DNA from: Tubulanus polymorphus | Lineage: Eukaryota > Animalia > Nemertea | Reading direction: 5' to 3' | NCBI RefSeq assembly: GCF_964204645.1 | Contig: NC_134025.1 | Coordinates: forward strand, 31,228,299-31,292,298 | Length of the DNA: 64,000 nucleotides | In this document: positions 55,222 through 64,000 of the stretch, in pieces | Layout of the letters: every line of letters begins with the position of its first letter | Position numbering within the stretch: the stretch's first letter is position 1 | Notes under the pieces: model-generated | Told to the model about the DNA's origin: nothing | The model's input: only the letters and a program-made list of their open reading frames with translations | Database searches by the model: none | Translations under genes and position numbers: made by a program

Positions 55222-55492
55222 TCAGGTTCTAGGCTGGTGGTCTCGCGTTGTCTCGGCGGGTTGGCAGGTTCTAGACTGGTGGTCTCACGTCGTCTCGGCG
55301 GGTCGGCAGGTTCTAAGCTGGTGGTCTCGCGTTGTCTGGGCGGGTCGGCAGGTTCTAGGCTGGTGGTCTCACGTCTCGGCGGGTCGGCAGGTTCTAGGCT
55401 TTGTGGTCTCACGTCTCGGCGGGTCGGCAGGTTCTAAGCTGGTGATCTCGCGTTGTCTGGGCGGGGCGGCAGGTTCTAGGCTGGTGATCTCG
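55222..55492. repeat. About 44-bp minisatellite
   Basis: Repeated GGCAGGTTCTAGGCTGGTGGTCTCGCGTTGTCTCGGCGGGTC units. Confidence 0.9.
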
Positions 55493-55927
55493 AGGTCTAT
55501 CACCTGTATCTGTCTCGGATAAATGGAATGTATGATGCTGACGTATATAATGATGACGTCGCTCGTTTGTCCAATTAGTGACGATGTTTCTCTATCAATC
55601 ACGACTCGCTGGTTGTTGTGTATACATTTTTATACGGTATTCGCTGCGCTGAGTTGCACGTGATCAGTTTCTGTAAAGGTGATGATGATATACAATTAAT
55701 CTGGATTCATCTCTCGGAGAAGTTGACACCGAGCATAACTAGACCCGACTCGCTACGTGAACTGAATACAGGACAGCAATCACCACTGTCTATATACCTG
55801 TCCCTCTGAGATCTATCACTGTCACTGTCACTGTCATTGCCCCTAATGACCCTTCCTCGCCACACGTGACCAGTCACCAGTCACCGCAGTGAACAGACAA
55901 ACTTCCAATCCTCGTCAGTCACCAGAA

Positions 55928-55996
55928 CTCTATGGTCTAGTGGTAGACACTCTGGGTTTGTGTGGTAATGACCCGGGTTCGAGCCCCGGCTGAGCT
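55928..55996 (+). mobile_element. tRNA-derived SINE head or tRNA pseudogene
   Basis: A box TGGTCTAGTGG and B box in CCGGGTTCGAGCCCCGG; no convincing anticodon or acceptor stem. Confidence 0.5.
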
Positions 55997-58900
55997 AGGG
56001 TTAGGATTATAGATCGGCTGGTGTTAGGGTTATAGTCGACGCGCTGTGGTAAGCTTTACTTTTGGTAATGACGTCCGTGATTGATCTCTATTACTGTCAG
56101 GTATGATTGTGGTGATCCGGTTAAGACCGGACGCGTCTTACGAAAGATAATTACTTTTACAAAAGCAATTACTACCAGATACAAGACGTGACCAGACGTG
56201 TGAGATTGTATCTATCTGATTACATCCTCCTTACACAACGGCCTCCTCATACCGCGCTGGGGTCAGTGACACCTGCCTCACACCGCGGGGGTCAGTGACA
56301 CCTGCCTCACACCGCTGGGGTCAGTGACACCTGCTTGCTATGGTCAGTCATCTGAACTAAATCAAAACTTAATTAAGACTTAGTTCAGCATTGAGGACTG
56401 GTTTTGAGAGGTTTGATTTTCACAGTAAGCTGTATATTATGACCTTCACTCAAGGGCTGTCACTGTCACTTTGTATCTGTCACTGTCACTGTGAGGAATA
56501 ATGAATGATTATGAATGTTGCGTGAGAGAGAGAGAAGAGAGAGGAGAGAGAAAGAGGAGAGAGAGAAAGAGGAGAGAGAGAAAGAGGCCGGAGAGAGAGA
56601 GAACTGCGATCACTAATGAAGTTATACAGACAAAAAGTTCATTAAATCACAGTCAGGAAATAGAGAGTCAATCATAGAATAAATCGTCTCCCTTCTCCTA
56701 ACCCTTCCTTCCCCCCCCCATCCTCCCATCCCTAACAGAAAATGAGCGACCACTGAATTACATTGATTGGACAGTTGGAAATATCAAAAGATACATTCTG
56801 GTGGCAACTCCGACCCCGTTCTCGATAAAAACGTGGAGGTTAATTCTTGAAGCTGTGAAATACTGCTGCAAATGATTTTTGAATCCTAGAAAAAAGTGAT
56901 TGATTTCTGGCATCAGACACATAAACAAAGTATCATAGTGGCCTTGGTTAAATATTCTGTAGCCTTGGTTTGAATCTAGTTGTATAATTTTGTTGGGGAT
57001 GTTATTGGTGTTAAAATTCTCTTTATATATTCATCAATTATCTATTGTGAAGTCGTGAATCAGTTGAAGTAGAGTAGAATTCTCTCGGCTGCTGTCGGTA
57101 AAACCTCATCTATCACCAGTCACACAGGATTCAACATCTAACTGTATCTTACTGTAATTACGGGTGATTAATTTAGCGACTGTAAAACTAAAGATTTAAC
57201 ACGATCGGAGATGTTGTCTGACTCTCCGTGAACGCGCGTTTTCACGGACAGATCTAGAGCACTATTTGAAAGCTCGGGTGGGGGGGAGGTGATGGGGGTC
57301 GGGGGTCCCGGTACAGTTCATTGAGAACCCGCAGTTCCAGTGTAGTATTGGGTATAGGGTACTATAGGGCGTCATCACTATGGATGCAACCACTTCCATG
57401 AATGGATGAATTTATTCTCGACTCTCCTGATATCTCTACCTCAAGTGTCAGTGTACATCACCGAGAGTTGGGTAGGGCACTAGGACGACGTAGAGCACTT
57501 TGGGTTCATCCACTTCCTCTGACCTGAGTGTATTTCCTCCCTCCACTCTCTATATCTACGTATCTGCTACAAGGTTGTGTAGGACACTAGGATCATAGAG
57601 TGTCACAGATCTCTTTGGATACAACCAATTCCCGGATCCCAATACTGTGGATGAAGGGTAAAGATAAAGAAGGTGATGCCTCGGTTTAAGCAGCCACACC
57701 GAAGGCTGCGATTGCCGAAAGAATGAGTGTCATAAATATACCAGCAAGTTTTAACAAAAATGGTGAACTCAATGTGGGAAATCAGCGTCCAGACGCGCTG
57801 AAATATCCCCTAAATCCTCTCTTGATTTGAAATATCGGTTTTGTCTATATAAATTTTGTTATTAACAGTTAAATCCTTGTTAGTGATGAGTGTGGATGGA
57901 GTTCACAGCAGGACGTGGTATAAACAGGGTTTATGCTGAAACACGACGGTATTTCTAAATAACGACGACCGTCATTTCTATCGGCGAACGCATGTTTTAT
58001 GTGTTCGAATAGGGTTATTAGTGGGTGTAAAATCTTGTCATCAGTTAAATCCATGTATTAAGCTGCAGCCGCTGCCAGTATGTGGCGTACGTATATAGTT
58101 ATATCAGCGGGAAGCGATGAAAACAGGAATTTATGTCTAAATCCTCAAATAAATCCGTGACATCGCCAACGACGATAAAATCTACTGCGTTTCGATTAGC
58201 CGTTAAGACGATAGATATTTCAAAGCTACAGGGTTTAAAAACCGAGTAATAACCGCAGCGTCGCAGTAACCGCAGTCACATACACACTCACAGGGGATTT
58301 ACACATAATCTAACCATCAAATCTTACTGCAGCGACTCAATTAACTACATGTCCCGTAACTGTCGACTGTTTGCTTTTGTGGTAAGTTCACAATGACGGT
58401 CGTCGCTCATCAGGATAGAAATTGGCAGGGACCTGGTTTCGGTCTCTTGGTGGTGATAATTTAATGATATTTGAGTCTGCGCGCTGAGGCTAAGATTGAT
58501 CAACACTTGAAATGATGCTCTTATCAACAACTTGACTCGTTCTCTGTAAGTTGATTAATGTGTCGTATTTTCTCGATGATCTGTCAATCAAACCGCGCGA
58601 CGAGTCGGCGTGAGAAAACGTCTCCTGTATTGTGCAGCCCTCGACAGCGTCTGGACGATCAGTTTTTGAAAGTGCGTTGATATAATGTCTTATGTCTGGT
58701 GTTTGTAGTTCATTTTCAATCGAACATATTTCAGGTGAAGTCCTGAACACGTTCTAAACGCAGGTGAAGTCTTGGGAGAATGATGATCGTATTCATAATA
58801 TGTTCACGAGGGGCCGGGTGCAGGGTCACCGAGGAATATTGATACCTTATAAGAGAGCTGTGATAGTGGTTGTATAGTGATGATATACGTTCGTAGTGCT

Positions 58901-60244
58901 GTATTTGATCGTCTTCAACACTCACCACGACATGTAAATGAAAGTTTCTAGATGTTAGAGAGTGAGAGCAATGGGAAGCATCAAACAGACATTTGAGATG
59001 AAATCAATAAATTGATGACCAGGCACTATAATATCTTTCCACTAGTTCTTTCATTGCCATCTGTTATTGAGATCTCATTCTCGATATTGAGATCTCACCC
59101 TCGATATTGAGATATCATTCTCGATAGCCGACCCGATATATCTCAGAGCACGACAGGCTTCACTTAAACACTAGATTCGAACCCGGGGATACTTGATTTG
59201 ACAACTACACAGACTGATATCGGCCTCCATAACCGTGCCTCAGAGACAAAAACACAGTTCCAAGACAAAATACAGATGTTTCATTCCCAGAAGAAAAAAA
59301 CAACCTGGCTAGGCAAAGGGTGGTGGTTTATCAGGTGACAGCTGATCGGGGAGACTTGCACGTAAGTCCTCAAAATTTTTGAGCATATATTCATTGCCTT
59401 TCTGGACATCGAAATGCATTTTGGGATGCGTGACAAGAGTTCGTCAAAATGCCGCCCCTGACGGTTATCGGGGGGGGGGGGGTAACGAGATCCAGGAACG
59501 AAGATAAAAGTTTAATTATTGACATCATTCTCATTTATTTACATATAACTGAAACATATTTATTTTGAAACATTCAGTCGTTGTCAGAAACAAAGTTTGA
59601 TTGACGCCGTTTACTCTGGCAAGCGAGGGTGAGTTTAGTAAGAAGGCGACGCCTAGATTTTAGAAACAACTGTAAGACATATTGGCGGGCGGGCAAACAC
59701 GAATTTCTCGATAAATTCGTTATAAATTAAAAGCTACCAGAACCGAAATAATCCCAAAACAAAATTCCATCCCCTTAAACAGACGTCACATAAGAAACAC
59801 TCTCATCTTCAAATTCTTTAATTTGTCCGCGGCGGAAGTCGTCTAAAAATACAATATGGAGTTAGTTAGATTTATTGTCGAGAGATGGCGTATTGGAGGA
59901 ATTTGTCAAACAATAAAGAAGATTGATGAGTTTTTCAATATTTATTATAATTAGCATCAATTATATTTCAGTAATTTACAAATAAACAGTTTTCATATCA
60001 GATTTATTTAATTCAATTGTGTTTATATTAATATATATATATATATATTTATATACTTATTACATAAATATTGATAATATGTATACATTGAATACAACAA
60101 CACACTAAAAATCACACACCTTCCCCTCATAGTCAGTCACCTGTCTGTGGTTTTAGTTTCACGATCGGATATTTTCACTAACCATATCGGTATAAAACAT
60201 CCAATTGTAAAAGCTTACCACCAAGAATTAGGTAACTAACTATT

Positions 60245-60990
60245 CACCCTCACTACCTACCCCTCACACCGCTGCCTTCCCCTCACACCCCTGCTCTCCC
60301 CTCACACCCCTGCCCTCCCCTAACACCCCTGCTCTCCCCTCACTACCTACCCCTCACACCCCTGCTCTTCCCTCACACCCCTGCTCTCCCCTCACTACCT
60401 ACCCCTCACACCCCTGCTCTTCCCTCACACCCCTGCTCTCCCCTCACTACCTACCCCTCACACCGCTGCCTTCCCCTCACACCCCTGCTCTCCCCTCACA
60501 CCCCTGCCCTTCCCTCACACCCCTGCTCTCCCCTCACTACCTACCCCTCACACCCCTGCCCTTCCCTCACACCCCTGCTCTCCCCTCACTACCTACCCCT
60601 CACACCCCTGCTCTTCCCTCACACCCCTGCCCTTCCCCTCACACCCCTGCTCTCCCCTCACTACCTACCCCTCACACCCCTGCCCTTCCCTCACACCCCT
60701 GCTCTCCCCTCACTACCTACCCCTCACACCCCTGCTCTTCCCTCACACCCCTGCCCTTCCCTCACACCCCTGCTCTCCCCTCACTACCTATCCCTCACAC
60801 CCCTGCCCTTCCCTCACACCCCTGCTCTCCCCTCACTACCTACCCCTCACACCCCTGCCCTTCCCTCACACCCCTGCTCTCCCCTCACTACCTACCCCTC
60901 ACACCCCTGCTCTCCCCTCACACCCCTGCTCTCCCCTCACTACCTACCCCTCACACCCCTGCTCTCCCCTCACACCCCTGCTCTCCCCTC
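60245..60990. repeat. C-rich minisatellite downstream of TFG
   Basis: Alternating CCCTCACACCCCTGCTCTC and CCCTCACTACCTAC units. Confidence 0.95.
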
Positions 60991-61874
60991 TCCACAACTC
61001 AATCACCTCTACAACTACTACCATTCCATAATAATTACAGGTTTCCTACTGACTAAATAAAATATCAATATATTTATTGAAAACATGCACATGTTAAAGT
61101 ACCAGTAAATTATACCCACATAGAACAGACTGAGCAAGAACTTATAAAACACTGCTGTAGGTGTAGCAGTAAATACCAGGCAGAGAGGAGGAAGAGATTT
61201 CAACTCCTAAATCAGTTTAATATCAACTCTATTAATGCACGTCAATCTTAAATCGATTTAAGAGTTGAAACTCGATTTAGGAGTTGAAACAAGAGACACG
61301 ATTTAAGGGCCATTCATAAAGAACGTAGGTGAAATTAGTGATTTTCAAACCACTCAACGTAAGAGAGAAATGGACAATCTTTCTCTTCACTAATGTGCTT
61401 GTCCTTTATGAATAGCCCCAAACCCATTTATTCTACTACTGTCCACCAATTCATTAAGAACAGTTCATATAAAGCTTTAGAAGCCAGAGATATAAACTCA
61501 AACCACAGAGATATCATTAAAATTCAGTGAAACTCATCGGTTAAGTCATTACCAGAGAAGATATCTTTATTTATTAGTCCAGTTTTTGTATTTTCAATTC
61601 AATTTCATTTGGAAAAGTCTTAGGTCTACGACAATAACTGAACGGAGAGTTTGACTACGAATATCATTCACCATCTTTAATCACATCAAACCATGACCTA
61701 CTATCATCATCAATAATAATAGAGTTGTTCGCGTTTCATTCATCAGTTTATTTTAAGCTGTCGACACTTGATAAATAAAAATAATAAAAAATGTTTTTGA
61801 TTTTTCCGAGAATTTTGATCGATGCATGAAAACGAATAAAGCTTCACCCTTCACCCGCTCGCCCCGCGCTAGTT

Positions 61875-63859
61875 CTAATTATATCCCTGTTGGTAATTAG
61901 CTTGCCTCGTGTATTGTCCTGCGTATCCTCCAGCTCCCGGGGCGCCCCCTGCTGGTCCGCTGCGACTATACGGATTATTACCACTAGGAGGGCCCCCTAG
62001 TGGTGGGTTCGCTCCTAGGTGTTGAGTGTTATAAGTCGGGTTATATTGGTGTTGTTGTTGCGATGGTGGTGGAGTAGGAACTGGCGAGTGACCGCTCACT
62101 GGAGGATGCTGCGGAGAATTATAAACCTGAAATACAATAATTTTACATTATTACCACCAGATGGCGTGACGAACAGTCAGTAAATAATAATCAAAGAAAT
62201 TAAATTAATATTCCTACTCTGCGTTTGGTATAGTTAATAAATGAATTGAGGCGCAGAGGACTCAAGTAACTACTAGCGACACCTGGTGGATCTACACTGA
62301 ACCACACCTGTCTGTCTGTCTCACAACAACACAATATATATATACACCACATGTTGCTGCTGTGTGTGTTACCTATTATATTAATCTGACCTGTTGCTGT
62401 CCGGCGTAATGTTGATATGGTTGTTGTCCACCAGGGGGCGTCGGCGTCTGTTGATATTGTTGTCCTGGTTGTTGTTGGTAGTATTGTTGTTGTTGCCCCG
62501 GGTAGCCCGCGGGCTGGCCGGTGTATCCGGGCTGTGAGGGCTGTTGATTATAAGCTACAAATAGAAAATATCAAAACTTTACTCCATAAATCTTAGCCAA
62601 GTGTTTTATAGACAGCAGCCATTTCAAAGTTCCCACTCTCTGTTTTAGATACATTTTGAAGGATAAATCCTTAAAAAGTGTTAAAGTTAGGAGAAAAACG
62701 TTCACACAATAATCAGGAACTGAGCTCTTCAAACACGACACAAACCTTGTTGTTGCTGTTGCTGTTGTGGTGGTTGTGATGGTTGTTGTTGGTAACCAAG
62801 TTGTACTGGTTTCTGTTGTTGTTGTTGAGGTGGAAATTGACCTTGTCCTGGAATCTGACCAGCCGCCTGCTGCTGCTGCTGTTTTAATTGGTGACTAGCA
62901 GAAGAACCGATACTAGAAACACTTTCAGGACTCCCGGGTCGAGGACTGGCGTGACTATTATTGGTCGTCGAAGCTGAAAAAAGAACAAGATTTAGAATTT
63001 TACAAAAAGCTCTCCTCATTATCGACTTTAGGGTTCTAGGGTTCTTCAGATGAGGGAATCTATGATTCCTCAAGTTTCCATAATGTAAGACCAAAGTCTC
63101 TCTGATTAAATCATAATAAGATGTTCTCAATGGGGCCACTCGTCACTGGCAAAAACAACAAAACACCCAACAATCTAAATTCCCTGATTTTTGCTTGACA
63201 ACAAATCGAGAATTGCCTGCTCTGTAAAGAACCCTGTAACTGCGGTATGAAATAGAGGAACTTACTGTCATTAGGAATACCAAACGAAGAAATCACTTTT
63301 TGCGTTGTGTCATCGATCGACCTTTGACTCGATAAAGGATCGAATTCTTTCCCTTCTGCAATATTTACAGGTTTAACGGTTTCAGTTTTATCTTCTATTG
63401 TTGATTCTGATTTAACTGAAACAGAAAATATACAATGGTAAATCAATACACATATAATATGCAGAAAAGGGGGGAGGGGGACAGGGAGAAGGGAAGAGGT
63501 AATTACATACTTGCTAATTTTGAACTCGGCGGGGGGAGGGGGACAGGGAGAAGGGAAGAGGTAATTACATACTTGCTAATGTTGAACTCGGCTCCAATGA
63601 ATCTAGAATTTGATTCACTTTATTTCGAACTGCTCTTAATTCCGAACGTAAATATTTCACTTCGTCAGAATCTAATCGCCGTGGTTGACCATTCACTGAA
63701 ATCCGTTCAAATTCAAATATTAACGGTTTATCTGAAAACGACCAATCATAGATCCGATCATCGTTTTTTACTTACCAAATATGGTAATTTTGAGTATTCT
63801 TGAGCATTGAATGGCGAATGATAAATCAGAACTATCAAAAATAGTTATCAAATCACCAT
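61875..63859 (-). CDS. TFG: Protein TFG (TRK-fused gene), 5'-truncated by the window edge
   Basis: Exons 63859-63776 ([28 protein letters not shown], end of PB1), 63695-63573 ([36 protein letters not shown], coiled coil), 63415-63266 (FDPL...VISSFG), 62973-62746, 62554-62391 and 62126-61875 (P/Q-rich, NPYSR). Confidence 0.95.
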
Positions 63860-64000
63860 CTGAAACAAAACAAGCATTAATCATTAAATTACTGAGAAAC
63901 TTCTCAAAGCCCTGGCAATCTGTTATTGAGTCAGATTGCATTCCTAGTCTGACACATGAGAGCAGGGGCCGCAGTTACTGAAAAGCTGGTTAGAGTAAGT

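Noticed and set aside
55928-55996. Functional tRNA gene
   Set aside because: A and B boxes are present but the acceptor and anticodon stems do not pair properly; treated as a SINE head or pseudogene.
57869-58928. Several short minus-strand ORFs that might be a decayed gene
   Set aside because: No recognisable family motif or consistent splice structure.

Overview
This is eukaryotic (invertebrate animal, probably lophotrochozoan-like) genomic DNA. It is intron-rich, full of minisatellites and MITEs, and most long ORFs in the supplied track are repeat artefacts. Genes reconstructed by hand from splice signals and family motifs: the first coding exon of TULP4 (-), head-to-head with a ~32-exon INO80 chromatin remodeller (+, 5198-23378); a ChaC-family glutathione gamma-glutamylcyclotransferase (-) with ATF4-type CARE and CRE motifs in its promoter; four paralogous 4-exon genes for secreted 13-14-Cys proteins with two resistin/PCSK9-C-terminal-like modules (+, 32125-47201); an eclosion-hormone-like 6-Cys precursor with a basic His/Lys/Arg tail (-); a single-exon class A GPCR (+); and the 3' part of TFG (-). 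The most unusual non-coding feature is a ~240-bp inverted pair of RTE-LINE fragments (25543-26318). Its divergence is strongly skewed toward G:U-compatible changes on the + strand, and it sits in an apparently spliced, ORF-less repeat locus, so it is a candidate hairpin-RNA/endo-siRNA gene. Also present are a minimal hammerhead ribozyme (38917-38958) and a cluster of CTCF-like motifs. All coordinates and counts come from manual reading, with no database searches.
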